Source of the DNA: Acidilobaceae archaeon | GTDB lineage: Archaea; Thermoproteota; Thermoprotei_A; Sulfolobales; Acidilobaceae | NCBI GenBank assembly: GCA_027014125.1 | Contig: JALWEI010000022.1 | Span: 28,128 to 92,127, forward strand | Direction: 5' to 3' | DNA: 64,000 bases | Shown here: positions 10,562-20,240 of the stretch, in pieces | How the letters are laid out: every line of letters starts with the position of its first letter | Numbering within the stretch: position 1 is the stretch's first letter | Notes under the pieces: model-generated | The model's database searches: none | What the model was told of the DNA's origin: nothing | What the model saw: only the letters and a program-made list of their open reading frames with translations | Made by a program: the position numbers and the translations under genes

Positions 10562-10715
10562 AGTATAGATTTTGTAGAGGAAAAAGTAATTACGGTATTT
10601 ATAATGATGTTTGTAGTATAGGATAATTGTACTTTGTAACAGTGCTAATCCTTTTATAGTTGGGGTGGGTCCCTATATGGGTTAAACAAAAGTGTGGGTG
10701 GCGGTGATATAGGGA

Positions 10716-11834
10716 GTGGGTTACATAGAGGCTAAGGAGGCTATAATTTATGGAAGATATGTTGAGGGGGTTAGGATCAGGCATGTTGTAGATGAGTATT
10801 ATGATCTCATCGTTATACCTGGGTTTAGTGATGGACACATGCATCCCCAAGTCGTTGACGCCGGGCTGAAGCCTGGGACGGTGTGGAGGCACAGTTATGA
10901 GTGGTTCGAGAATAGGAGGCTGGAGGTGGATGAGGCGGGGATAAGATCTGATTTGAGATTATCCAGCGCGCTGGCCAGCCTCGTCTTCAAGAGGGCCCTA
11001 CTGGAGGGTACCACGCTGGTTGCAGTAACTGGGAGGCTAGAGGCGAACCTCAGGGCTTGGCTCTCACTCAGGGAGAAGCCAAGGGCAGTGTTCCTGCCCA
11101 CCGTGATGAAGAGGAGGGGGTGGGCCTCAGTCCCGGAGGTTGCAGGTGTAGCGCAGAGGTATGCTAAGTACCTTGGCGACGGGTTGGCCCGGATAGGTGT
11201 GTTTGTGCATAGCGTACGCTACGGGGCTTCTATGCTCAGGGACGCGTTACTCCTGGCAAAGAGGCTGGGTAGCGTTGTAGGTATACATGTGAGTGAAGGC
11301 CTGAGAGAAATGGAGGAGCTATCAAGGCTGGCAGGAGGCCCGCCGTACCCTGCAAGGATAGTTGGGGTCCACTGCATGGAGGAAGAGGACCCGGCATACT
11401 ATGGGGTTACATGCATATCATGTCCATATTCCAACCACTTACTCTACAGGAGGACGCGAGGTAGTATAAGTGGCATAACGGGTTTCGGAAGCGACTGGCC
11501 CCTCCTAGTAGGGAGCGTTGGGAGCCATATAGGGACTATAGCCAGCCTATTCAAGGAGGATGTAATGGGTATCCTCAAGAGGGCAACAATGGGCAGCTAC
11601 AAGGCATACAGTATGAGGCACCACGGGGACATGGTAGCAATGGACGGGGGACTAAACAGGCTCCTAGATGGCAAGGCCAAGGTGAGGCTCGTCACCGTGA
11701 ATAATAGGCTAGTCGTGAGGGAGGGACGCCTAGTCAGCACAGGAGAGAGCCTAAGGGATGTCATGAGGAGGATACAGGAGGCGATAACGCAGGCTAAACG
11801 CCTCTACCCGATCGAGCAGATAGCCAGAAGCTAA
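10716..11834 (+). CDS. metal-dependent amidohydrolase (chlorohydrolase/deaminase-like)
   Basis: 372 aa with GFSDGHMHPQ (metal site), GIHVSEG, VHC and FGSDWP motifs in the order expected for the amidohydrolase superfamily. Confidence 0.7.
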   Translation: MGYIEAKEAIIYGRYVEGVRIRHVVDEYYDLIVIPGFSDGHMHPQVVDAGLKPGTVWRHSYEWFENRRLEVDEAGIRSDLRLSSALASLVFKRALLEGTTLVAVTGRLEANLRAWLSLREKPRAVFLPTVMKRRGWASVPEVAGVAQRYAKYLGDGLARIGVFVHSVRYGASMLRDALLLAKRLGSVVGIHVSEGLREMEELSRLAGGPPYPARIVGVHCMEEEDPAYYGVTCISCPYSNHLLYRRTRGSISGITGFGSDWPLLVGSVGSHIGTIASLFKEDVMGILKRATMGSYKAYSMRHHGDMVAMDGGLNRLLDGKAKVRLVTVNNRLVVREGRLVSTGESLRDVMRRIQEAITQAKRLYPIEQIARS

Positions 11835-12145
11835 TCCATCGTCACGCCGGTAATACCCTTTCTAGCCATACCCTCCATGAGCATCTTCACAGTACCCACG
11901 AGTTCTCCCGGCTCGCTAGACTCAACAGAAACCCGGATCCTAGCCTGTAACGGCATATCGAGCTCCCTAGGTATCCAAACCTTAACTATCGAGCCGCCAC
12001 ACGCAGCCAGCGCCCATGCATGGCTGGCGACAGAGTCGCACCCAGAGGCCTCGAGGACCCCAACTATAGCCCGGTAGTACTCGGGTAGGAGGCCCGGATC
12101 GGTAAGGTTAACATTAAGACCAGCCGTGAAGCATGTGCACCCCAC
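11831..12145 (-). CDS. hypothetical protein
   Basis: 104-aa ORF whose 3' end overlaps the convergent amidohydrolase stop by 4 nt. No motif recognised. Confidence 0.4.
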   Translation of the reverse strand: MGCTCFTAGLNVNLTDPGLLPEYYRAIVGVLEASGCDSVASHAWALAACGGSIVKVWIPRELDMPLQARIRVSVESSEPGELVGTVKMLMEGMARKGITGVTMD

Positions 12146-12210
12146 GATTAGACACCAAGGGTATATAGATTCCCTAGCCGGGGAATCTTAAGCGGCACCC
12201 CCGGGGGTTA

Positions 12211-12990
12211 ATGCTCTTGGAAGGGGAGGTAGCAAGGCTAGCCAAGCTACTCTTGCTCACACTCTCCGTACCCATAAAGCCAGGGGCAATACACAGGCTA
12301 CGGCTAGACGACACATTCGAGCAGGCACTAGAGGAGGCGGTCCACATAATCTCCCACGCGGAGGAGGCCTACAAGAGGGGGGTGGAACTCCGGAGGGGAG
12401 ACAGGAGCTTGCACAACCTGGGGCTGGGGAGAATCATCCAGTCCAGCCTGGTCAAGGTCTTCGAGGACCTGGAAAAGAGGCCGCTCCTAGGACTGCATGT
12501 TGCTGTGCACACATCAGCGCTACTCTTAGGATACGATGATGGGCATAGGAGCCTCCTAGATCGTGTAAAGACCCTATACAGGATCGGGCCGGATGATGTA
12601 GTAGCTATAATAGACGGCATGGAGGCCTCTAGCCTAGGGGACGAGGTTAGGTTTCTAGACTCTAGGGGGATTACAAGGAGGAGCGTAGCCCTACAGGGCA
12701 CAAGCCTAGGAGACTTCTACGAGGTTATGAGCACACTAGATACCGGGTTCCTCCTCAACCTGAAGGGCGTCAGGACACTCAAGGAAGCTAAACCTGATGG
12801 TGATGGCAACGTCTATAAGATAGTGCTGGATTCCTACCTGAGCCTGGCTAGGACTAGGAGGCTTCTCCGGGTGGAGGATAGAGGGTTAAGGTATCTGGCG
12901 AAGCTTGACAGGGAGATCGGGCTAGACTCCAGGTTTAACAGGCTACTGGGAGGCACGTTCCTCCTCACGCTAATTAGTACGAGCAGGTAG
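12211..12990 (+). CDS. hypothetical protein, possibly CitG-like (triphosphoribosyl-dephospho-CoA synthase family)
   Basis: 259 aa. The N-terminal LLLTLSVPIKPGAIHRL resembles the KPG(L/N)V motif of the CitG family. The assignment is weak. Confidence 0.35.
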   Translation: MLLEGEVARLAKLLLLTLSVPIKPGAIHRLRLDDTFEQALEEAVHIISHAEEAYKRGVELRRGDRSLHNLGLGRIIQSSLVKVFEDLEKRPLLGLHVAVHTSALLLGYDDGHRSLLDRVKTLYRIGPDDVVAIIDGMEASSLGDEVRFLDSRGITRRSVALQGTSLGDFYEVMSTLDTGFLLNLKGVRTLKEAKPDGDGNVYKIVLDSYLSLARTRRLLRVEDRGLRYLAKLDREIGLDSRFNRLLGGTFLLTLISTSR

Positions 12991-13064
12991 CTACCATAAT
13001 ACCCCGTGCTACCATGCTCAGCCTCAAAAAAGTAGCGTGGGGCCAGGGCCCCCAGGCCTGTCTC

Positions 13065-13937
13065 CTACTTCTTCCTCAGCTTGTATAGTATAACGGCTAT
13101 CACGCCAGCGGCTGGTATGAGGGCTAGCAGGCCTATACCGCTGGATGACCCGCTGACTAGGACTCCTCCAACGAGTCCTGCTCCGGGTCCTGGGCCTCCG
13201 CCCCCGCCTCCTCCGCCGGGTACTATCACGTTTATACCTACACTCGAGCTTGCGACGCTGGCGTTGATCCCTGTGAGTATGCCTGTTACTGTTATGGTGA
13301 AGGTTGTGTTGTCGCTGGCCATATCGCTGGTTATGGTGAAGCTAGTGTTAAAGTTGCCGTCGCTGTCTGTTGGTATTGTGGTGGTGAAGACGGTTGCCGT
13401 CCCGTTGGAGACCTCGATGGCGATGCTGGCATTGCTTATACCCTCACCGTTCTCCTCCACGTAGAATGAGCCGGAGATTGTGACTGTATCGTTAACGTTG
13501 TATGTGGACCCGTCGACAGGGCTCGATATACTGATTACGGGTGTGCCCACGACGAACATGGTCGAGTCGCTGGGCCCGCCGGATACCTGGGCTATGACGT
13601 TCCAGTCGCCATATACATCACCGTAGATGGCGGTGGACACGTTGAAGAGTAGCTGGAAGTGGCCTGTGGAGTTTGTTACCAGATACCTCGTCAGAACCAC
13701 ATTATTGCCGGGATCCTTTATTGTAACTATTACTAGAGCCCCTGCATCGGGAGATCCATCGGTCTCCACGTAGCCAGTTATAGTGACTAGATCGTCCGGG
13801 TTGTATAGCGGCGAGTCGGTCCAGACGTCTATAGTGGTGGCCGCGTATGATATTATCGGTGATAGGGGGAGTAGGGAGAGGAGTAGCGCCAGGGCTACTA
13901 TTCTACCCTGGGCTTTGCTTAGCCTGATAGCGTTCAT
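13065..13937 (-). CDS. secreted, probably N-glycosylated cell-surface protein with poly-Gly linker and C-terminal TM anchor
   Basis: 290 aa with a Sec-type signal peptide (...LLPLSPIISYA/ATT) and many N-x-S/T sequons. The C-terminus reads PGGGGGGGGPGPGAG followed by a hydrophobic helix and KLRKK. Confidence 0.7.
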   Translation of the reverse strand: MNAIRLSKAQGRIVALALLLSLLPLSPIISYAATTIDVWTDSPLYNPDDLVTITGYVETDGSPDAGALVIVTIKDPGNNVVLTRYLVTNSTGHFQLLFNVSTAIYGDVYGDWNVIAQVSGGPSDSTMFVVGTPVISISSPVDGSTYNVNDTVTISGSFYVEENGEGISNASIAIEVSNGTATVFTTTIPTDSDGNFNTSFTITSDMASDNTTFTITVTGILTGINASVASSSVGINVIVPGGGGGGGGPGPGAGLVGGVLVSGSSSGIGLLALIPAAGVIAVILYKLRKK

Positions 13938-13958
13938 AGCTCCCAGCCCCTTCCATGG

Positions 13959-14474
13959 CTAGGGTACTACAGTGAATGTTATTGTTACTGGATTCGCTAA
14001 TAGGGTTGCACCCGGCTCTCCGGGCATCCTGTCTAGAACTAGAATGTCCACCTCATAGGTTCCTGTCGGGTAGCTTCCCAGTATTAGGAACGGCAGGTAG
14101 GTGACAAATGATTCTCCAGGGTCTACCGTGGTCACTGTTATGTAGGCTAGAGATGTGTAGTAAGGCATGTAGACGGTTACCACGATATATGCAGTTAGGG
14201 GTGTCGCGTTCGTATAGTAGTATGTGTCTAGCAACGGGTAGGTTAGGTTTATCATTATGTATGCGGTCTCACCGCGGGTGAACACGTTATCCGGCTGGAA
14301 GGTTGAGTTGAAGGTCTGGGCTGCCAGGGTCATGGGGTAGCTGCTTGACTCTATGTCTACGCTGGTGCCCATGGGGCCGTTTATGTAGAATGCGGCCCCT
14401 AGGCTTGATAGCAGTACTACTGCCAGGATCGGTATTATCATCACTTTGCTATTCTTAGTCATCCTTCTATCCAC
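13959..14474 (-). CDS. secreted/membrane-anchored hypothetical protein
   Basis: 171 aa with an N-terminal hydrophobic segment (VMIIPILAVVLLSSLGAAF) and a Thr/Tyr-rich beta-type body. It lies directly upstream of 13065..13937 on the same strand. Confidence 0.6.
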   Translation of the reverse strand: MDRRMTKNSKVMIIPILAVVLLSSLGAAFYINGPMGTSVDIESSSYPMTLAAQTFNSTFQPDNVFTRGETAYIMINLTYPLLDTYYYTNATPLTAYIVVTVYMPYYTSLAYITVTTVDPGESFVTYLPFLILGSYPTGTYEVDILVLDRMPGEPGATLLANPVTITFTVVP

Positions 14475-14691
14475 CCTTGTTTCTGGTGTATTATTGAGCG
14501 ACGGGGTACATTATAAGCATTACACCCTGGAAGCCCGGTCGGTTGAGACAGGTTTCGCCATCCCCATAGAGGAGGGTCAGACCCGTGGAGTCCCCATCCG
14601 GGCCCCAGTCATGGAGGCGGGTGGAGCCTAATATTTAGCCTACGGAAGAGGATGTAATCACACTAGGGATAGAAGGGCAAGGGATGAGGAT

Positions 14692-15801
14692 ATGGGGACA
14701 GGAAGAATATGCGCTAGGTGCGGCAGGAGGGTTGAGAAGACTATACGGGGCCTGTGCAGCTCATGCTTCGCCGAGGTGTATGGGGTAGGCAGGCTGCCAA
14801 GCCGGGTGAACCTGGTAGTGTGTAAGTACTGTGGCGCAATAAGAGTCAAGGGAGCCTGGACCAGTGGAACTGAGGGTTCGCTGGAGGACGCCATAAGGGA
14901 TACCGTATTCACGATCCTAACCGAGAAGCTAAGGCCCACAGAAGGGCTTGACTATGCGTGGATCGACAGTATAAAGATCCTGCCCGAGCTCCACGGGCCA
15001 GGGATCTACAATGCCATCACTACACTCAGAGGCGAGTCCAACGGCGTAGAGGCTAGAGAGGAGAGGGTTATACAGCTCAAGCTAGACCTGGGAGTATGCC
15101 CAGCCTGCACCAACAGGATAACAAAGAGGGGATACGACGCCATAATACAGGTGAGGAGCAGCTCGGGGAGGCTAAGCGAGGAGCATAGGAGGCTACTTGA
15201 GAGGGTCCTGGCCAGGCTTGACCCCGGAATCAAGTCGTCTATAATCAGTATAGAGGAGGGCAGGAACGGGGTAGATCTTCTTATCGACGAAGCCTCGTCG
15301 GCTAGGGTCATAGCGTCTAAGATAAGCAGCGAGATGCTGGGCAGAACCGTGGAGGCGTACAAGCTTGTTGGCAGGAGGAGCGATGGGAAGAGGAAGGGTA
15401 GGCTAACAATATCCGTTAGGCTACCCGACGTGAGGAGTGGAGACGTGATCAAGGTAGGCACAACGAGATACCTAGTATTCGGACTAGGCAAGGGGGGCCT
15501 GACCGCGTTCAACATGGACAGGGGAGTGGAGGAGACCATAGGGGCCGACGACCTTTGGGGAAGAGGGTTCGAACACGACCATGAAGTCCAGGACGCGAGA
15601 CTACTCCTAGTGTACAAGGGGGAGGACACCATACTCTTCACGGACCCCTCCAGGCCCGAGGTTCTTCTAGAATACCCTACCAGCCAAGTCAGAACAATGG
15701 TTGACCGCCTCAGGGAGGGATTCCTATACAGCGTGATCAGATACGGCAAGTTGATATATGTAATAGAGGAACTGGGTATGGGGGTGCAGGAAAATGGCTA
15801 G
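14692..15801 (+). CDS. NMD3-family protein (archaeal homologue of the 60S export adaptor)
   Basis: 369 aa with N-terminal Cys clusters (CARCGRR...CSSCF...CKYCG...) typical of NMD3. It lies upstream of aIF1A/Rio1. Confidence 0.8.
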   Translation: MGTGRICARCGRRVEKTIRGLCSSCFAEVYGVGRLPSRVNLVVCKYCGAIRVKGAWTSGTEGSLEDAIRDTVFTILTEKLRPTEGLDYAWIDSIKILPELHGPGIYNAITTLRGESNGVEAREERVIQLKLDLGVCPACTNRITKRGYDAIIQVRSSSGRLSEEHRRLLERVLARLDPGIKSSIISIEEGRNGVDLLIDEASSARVIASKISSEMLGRTVEAYKLVGRRSDGKRKGRLTISVRLPDVRSGDVIKVGTTRYLVFGLGKGGLTAFNMDRGVEETIGADDLWGRGFEHDHEVQDARLLLVYKGEDTILFTDPSRPEVLLEYPTSQVRTMVDRLREGFLYSVIRYGKLIYVIEELGMGVQENG

Positions 15802-16132
15802 AGGCAGGAAGAAGGGGGGCAAGCGCGAGTCCAAAGGCGAGATGCCCCTGCCGAGCGAGGAGGAGGGAACGATCCTGTGCGTGGTTACCAGGAACCTTGG
15901 AGGAGGCTTCCTGGAGGTGCTATGCACCGATGGCAACGTGTACAAGGCCAGGATACCGGGAAAGATGAGGAGGCGTGTGTGGATGAGGGAGGGAGACGTG
16001 GTCCTGTTCCTCCCCTGGGGCACCTCGGATAACAAGGGAGAGGTAGTCTACCGCTACCTCAGGGATGAGGTGCGCACGCTGATAGAGAAGGGGCTAATAA
16101 CAGAGGAGTTCCTCGAGGAGGTAGTCGAGTAA
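15794..16132 (+). CDS. eif1a: translation initiation factor aIF-1A
   Basis: 112 aa, ...EEGTILCVVTRNLGGGFLEVLCTDGNVYKARIPGKMRRRVWMREGDVVLF..., an S1-like OB fold of eIF1A. Confidence 0.92.
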   Translation: MARGRKKGGKRESKGEMPLPSEEEGTILCVVTRNLGGGFLEVLCTDGNVYKARIPGKMRRRVWMREGDVVLFLPWGTSDNKGEVVYRYLRDEVRTLIEKGLITEEFLEEVVE

Positions 16133-16135
16133 GCC

Positions 16136-16930
16136 TTGCCCAGGGCTAGGTGGTACAAGAGGAGGAGGCAGGAAGAGAGGAGGATAAAGGACAGGAACCT
16201 ATTCAAGACCGTGGAGGAGGTATTTGACTCCATAACCATGGGCCATATATACAGGCTAGAAGCCAGAGGCATAATCTGGGAGCTCAAAGGAGTAGTGAGC
16301 TCTGGGAAGGAGGCCAGGGTATACTGGGGGAAGGACAAGAGGGGCGGAGATATCGCGGTAAAAATATACCTATCAGCAACGGCGGAGTTCAGGAAGAGCA
16401 TTAGAAAGTACATCGAAGGGGATCCCAGGTTCGAGTCCATACCCCGGGGGAACTTCAGGAAACTGATATACGAGTGGGCAAGGAAGGAGTATAGAAACCT
16501 AGTCAGGCTTGAAAAGGCAGGTGTAAGAGTTCCAAGCCCCCGGGGCCTATCAGGGAATGTCATAGTAATGCAGTTCCTAGGAGAGGATGGGTACAGGGCC
16601 CCGCTGCTAGTAGAGGCCGTAGAAGACGCTACTAGAGAGGAGCTTGAAGGCTACTACGAGGACCTTCTATCCCAGATAGAGGCAATGGTTTGCAAGGCAG
16701 GCCTAGTACACGCCGACCTTAGCGAGTACAACATAATGATCTGGGAGGGAAAGCCCTGGATAATAGACGTCGGCCAGGCGGTCCTGCTAAACCATCCCCA
16801 CTCGCTAGAATTCCTACAGAGAGATATAGATAACTTAACAAGCTTCTTCCAAGAGCATATAGGTAGGAGCCTCAGGGACGAAATAGGGGGTGCACTAGAA
16901 CAGTGTCTAAAGGAGAAGGCGGAGGCTTAG
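16136..16930 (+). CDS. rio1: RIO-type serine/threonine protein kinase (Rio1)
   Basis: 264 aa with ...SSGKEARVYWG...IAVKIY... and LVHADLSEYNIM...IIDVGQAV kinase motifs. It sits in the conserved aIF1A-Rio1-KH arrangement. Confidence 0.9.
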   Translation: MPRARWYKRRRQEERRIKDRNLFKTVEEVFDSITMGHIYRLEARGIIWELKGVVSSGKEARVYWGKDKRGGDIAVKIYLSATAEFRKSIRKYIEGDPRFESIPRGNFRKLIYEWARKEYRNLVRLEKAGVRVPSPRGLSGNVIVMQFLGEDGYRAPLLVEAVEDATREELEGYYEDLLSQIEAMVCKAGLVHADLSEYNIMIWEGKPWIIDVGQAVLLNHPHSLEFLQRDIDNLTSFFQEHIGRSLRDEIGGALEQCLKEKAEA

Positions 16931-17496
16931 CAAGGCCGAGAATATACGTCAGGGTCCCCCCAGACAGGCTGGGAGCGGTAATAGGAGCCGAGGGCACGGT
17001 CAAGAAGTATATAATGGAGAAGACCGGAGTCAATATGACGATAGATACAGAGAACTCCCTAGTCATACTTGAGTCAGACACCGCGGCCCCCATAAACTTA
17101 ATGAAGGCAGGCGAGGTGGTGAAGGCCATAGCCTACGGGTTCCCCCCAGAGAAGGCATACCGCCTACTGGACGAGGACCAGATACTAGTGATAGTTGACC
17201 TGAAACAGATAGTAGGCGACTCCCCAAACCACCTAACCAGGGTTAAAGCAAGGATAATAGGAGAAAGGGGCAGGGCCAGGAGGACCCTGGAAGAGATGAC
17301 GGGCACATACATACATGTCGGAGACCACTATGTAGCGATAATAGGAGACTACGAGAGGGCCATGCTAGCAAAGAAGGCAGTAGAGATGCTAGCCGAGGGA
17401 AGGATGCACGGAACAGTCTACAGGCACCTCGACAGGATGCTCAGGGAAGTCAGGAGAAGGGAGAGCCTGAGGCTCTGGCTGGACGAGGAGGCATGA
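16903..17496 (+). CDS. KH-domain RNA-binding protein (Dim2/Pno1-like)
   Basis: 197 aa with two KH motifs (LGAVIGAEGTVKKYI; IIGERGRARRTLEEMTG). GTG start overlapping the rio1 3' end. Confidence 0.85.
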   Translation: MSKGEGGGLARPRIYVRVPPDRLGAVIGAEGTVKKYIMEKTGVNMTIDTENSLVILESDTAAPINLMKAGEVVKAIAYGFPPEKAYRLLDEDQILVIVDLKQIVGDSPNHLTRVKARIIGERGRARRTLEEMTGTYIHVGDHYVAIIGDYERAMLAKKAVEMLAEGRMHGTVYRHLDRMLREVRRRESLRLWLDEEA

Positions 17497-17876
17497 ATAG
17501 CGATTGCAGGCTACTAGTCAGGGGAGGAGCCTCCAGGATAGACGAGATCCTAGACGAGGTAAAGTACAAGATATACGAGTACAACACTAGGATATCAGAC
17601 ACCGGCTACTACCTCAAGCCAGTCCACAAGGTCTACAAGAGGCTTAGCGACGGCACATTAAAGATATACGAGTACTACGGCAGATACTACTGGAGGAAGC
17701 AGGGTAACAGGCTAGTATACGCCGGGACGGAGAAGCCGAGGAGCCTGCCAGAGCCAGAGCCGACGCCCCTGGAGGGGCTTACACTAATCAGGGTAGGAGA
17801 CGACATTATAATAGAGTGCAGCGTCTACGATAGGTACAAGGACCTGTTCAAGGGGCTAGAGGTGGAGAGGTACTAG
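17493..17876 (+). CDS. hypothetical protein
   Basis: 127-aa Tyr/Lys-rich ORF, translationally coupled to the KH gene by an ATGA overlap. Confidence 0.55.
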   Translation: MNSDCRLLVRGGASRIDEILDEVKYKIYEYNTRISDTGYYLKPVHKVYKRLSDGTLKIYEYYGRYYWRKQGNRLVYAGTEKPRSLPEPEPTPLEGLTLIRVGDDIIIECSVYDRYKDLFKGLEVERY

Positions 17877-18739
17877 AGGCTAGCCACGTGTATCGTAATC
17901 TTCTCCCCTATCTCCAGCCCCAGCTTCCTAGCAGCGCTACCCTGGTTAACCGCAATCTCGAGGTGGCCGAAACTATTCACATACATAACCAGGTCGCCCG
18001 GGTTCACGTCGGAGAAGGTCCTCAGGAACGGGATCCTATACGAGACCCCCGACATGGTCTCAACTATAACCGGCTCGCCCAGCTTGAGCGGTATAGAGTG
18101 CTCCCTAGCACTAAGGGCGGCATTGCCGAACTTGTCCACGTAAACCACGGTGGCACGATAGCCGCTGTTACTCCTCTCAACATAGTCTATAGAAGCCCTG
18201 GCGAGGTCCTTCAGCTCCAAAGGCTCCCCCAACTCCTCCAGCCTATGCCCCAAAGCTACTAGGGCGGCGGCTGGCACAAACACGTCTCTCCCGTGGAATG
18301 TGTTTGAGAGGGGCCACTTTCCCCGGGGTAGCTTGCCTAGGAACCTGGGCTCGGCTAGCCTGGCTACCCTCTGGGGCGATAGCCGTACTCCCTGCTTGAA
18401 GCCCTCCCGTGCTATAGCGGGGTATAGGACCCCGTTGTTTGGCCCTATGAAGTAGTAGTCGCCGGCCTCAACTGCCACCGGATCCCTAGTCGACCCGACG
18501 CCGGGGTCTACGACTGTGGCTACTACACTGCCCCTAGGAAGCCACCTGTACGTGTGGGCTACAACATAGGCCCCGGCTAGGGTGCTGAAGCTCGGCACGC
18601 TATGGTCTATATCCACTATACAGGAGCTATCCCCGGTTATACTGTGTGCGAGCGACCTTATGATCCCCGTGTAGGGGCTATCGCCGAAGTCTGTGACCAG
18701 GCCTATGCACTTCACAGCCTCAATCCCCACCTTATCCAT
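17873..18739 (-). CDS. SAM hydroxide adenosyltransferase (DUF62, chlorinase/fluorinase-like)
   Basis: Motifs GLVTDFGDSPYTG, VDIDHSVPSF, VVDPGVGSTR and IGPNNGVL. I placed the start at ATG 18739 (MDKVGIE...). The 38-codon Arg/Pro-rich extension in the ORF track looks spurious. Confidence 0.8.
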   Translation of the reverse strand: MDKVGIEAVKCIGLVTDFGDSPYTGIIRSLAHSITGDSSCIVDIDHSVPSFSTLAGAYVVAHTYRWLPRGSVVATVVDPGVGSTRDPVAVEAGDYYFIGPNNGVLYPAIAREGFKQGVRLSPQRVARLAEPRFLGKLPRGKWPLSNTFHGRDVFVPAAALVALGHRLEELGEPLELKDLARASIDYVERSNSGYRATVVYVDKFGNAALSAREHSIPLKLGEPVIVETMSGVSYRIPFLRTFSDVNPGDLVMYVNSFGHLEIAVNQGSAARKLGLEIGEKITIHVASL

Positions 18740-18944
18740 GGAGGACTTATACCCCCCGGTGTACAGGATATATTCCTTATCCTGGGGGTTGCGACGCCCG
18801 GGTGAGGCCCTACATGTAGGGCGCCGTGAGCCACGGGCCTCTGGCCCCCGCACACGGTGGGGTCCTAGTGGGTTGGGGGTGCGTGTTATAACCAGACAGT
18901 ATTTGCATAAAACAATATGTTAGAATAGCGAGTGCATTTATACC

Positions 18945-20240
18945 ATGGCGACGCATATATCTACCCGGTGCCGTGGAATGGCACACCGTGATCCATACGA
19001 GGAAGCCAAGAAGCAGCTCAAGCAGACGATCGACCTCCTAGGACTGGGAGACGATATATACGTGATGCTTGCAGTGCCCGAGAGGATAATCCAGGTCAAG
19101 ATACCGGTCAAGATGGATGACGGCAGCGTCAAGGTATTCATAGGCTGGAGGAGCCAGCACAACAGTGCCCTGGGCCCCTATAAGGGCGGAGTCAGGTACC
19201 ACCCCGACGTGACGATGAACGAGGTTATAGCCCTAAGCATGTGGATGACCTGGAAGAACTCCCTAGCAGGACTACCCTACGGAGGCGGCAAGGGCGGCGT
19301 CAGGGTAGATCCACACATGCTCTCAAAGTCAGAGCTAGAGAGGCTATCACGGGCCTACTTCGAGGCGATAAGTGACGTAGTCGGAGTAGACCAGGACATA
19401 CCCGCACCAGACGTCTACACGGACCCCCAGGTCATGACCTGGTTCTTCGACCAGTATAGCAGGATAAAGAGGGGCCAGTACTTCGGCGTGGTCACAGGAA
19501 AGCCACTAGACCTAGGAGGCCTATACACTAGGATAATCTCAACCGGATATGGAACCGCGATAACCGCCAGGGAGGCAGCCAAGAAGGTATTCGGAGGGAT
19601 AGAGGGCAGGACCGTCGCAGTCCAGGGATACGGGAACGCGGGCTACTATGCAGCAAAGTTCCTCCACGAGATGGGTGCCAAGGTAGTCGCGGTTAGCGAC
19701 AGCAGGGGAGGCATATACTCCAGCAAGGGGCTAGACCCGGACGATGTTAAGGCGGTTAAGAACAAGACGGGTAGTGTGATACACTACGAGAAGGATGTCG
19801 AGAAGAAGATAGGTCTCGAGGAGATACTAGAGTTAGACGTCGACATACTCATACCAGCAGCCATAGAGAACGTGATCACAGAGGAGAACGCGGACAGGAT
19901 AAAGGCCAAGATAATAGCGGAGGCGGCAAACGGGCCGACAACTCCAGAGGCAGAGGAGATACTAACAAAGAAGGGAATAGTAGTCATACCAGACATACTA
20001 GCAAACTCCGGCGGAGTAATAGTAAGCCACATAGAGTGGGCCAACAACAGGATAGGAGGCCTCATAACAGAGGAGGAGGCCAAGCAGAGGCTGGAGAACA
20101 AGATGACAACAAACTTCGCAAGGGTATGGGACTACTGGAACAAGAAGCTAGACACCTCAAAGCACAACATGAGGACAGCCGCATACGCTATAGCAGTAGA
20201 GAGGGTAGTAAACGCGATGAAGCTAAGGGGCTGGATATAA
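18945..20240 (+). CDS. gdhA: glutamate dehydrogenase
   Basis: 431 aa with GPYKGGVRYHP and GGGKGGV motifs and a GYGNAGYY Rossmann fold. The start could be the ATG at 18978. Confidence 0.95.
   Translation: MATHISTRCRGMAHRDPYEEAKKQLKQTIDLLGLGDDIYVMLAVPERIIQVKIPVKMDDGSVKVFIGWRSQHNSALGPYKGGVRYHPDVTMNEVIALSMWMTWKNSLAGLPYGGGKGGVRVDPHMLSKSELERLSRAYFEAISDVVGVDQDIPAPDVYTDPQVMTWFFDQYSRIKRGQYFGVVTGKPLDLGGLYTRIISTGYGTAITAREAAKKVFGGIEGRTVAVQGYGNAGYYAAKFLHEMGAKVVAVSDSRGGIYSSKGLDPDDVKAVKNKTGSVIHYEKDVEKKIGLEEILELDVDILIPAAIENVITEENADRIKAKIIAEAANGPTTPEAEEILTKKGIVVIPDILANSGGVIVSHIEWANNRIGGLITEEEAKQRLENKMTTNFARVWDYWNKKLDTSKHNMRTAAYAIAVERVVNAMKLRGWI

Noticed and set aside
13185-13220. GC-rich CCGCC/CCTCC low-complexity run, considered as a possible tandem repeat element
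   Set aside because: On the minus strand it simply encodes the poly-Gly/Pro linker (PGGGGGGGGPGPG) of the surface protein. No higher-order repeat structure is present.
18740-18853. 38-codon N-terminal extension of the DUF62 ORF (MRGPEARGSRRPTCRASPGRRNPQ...)
   Set aside because: It is Arg/Pro-rich and not part of the conserved family core, which begins just after ATG 18739.
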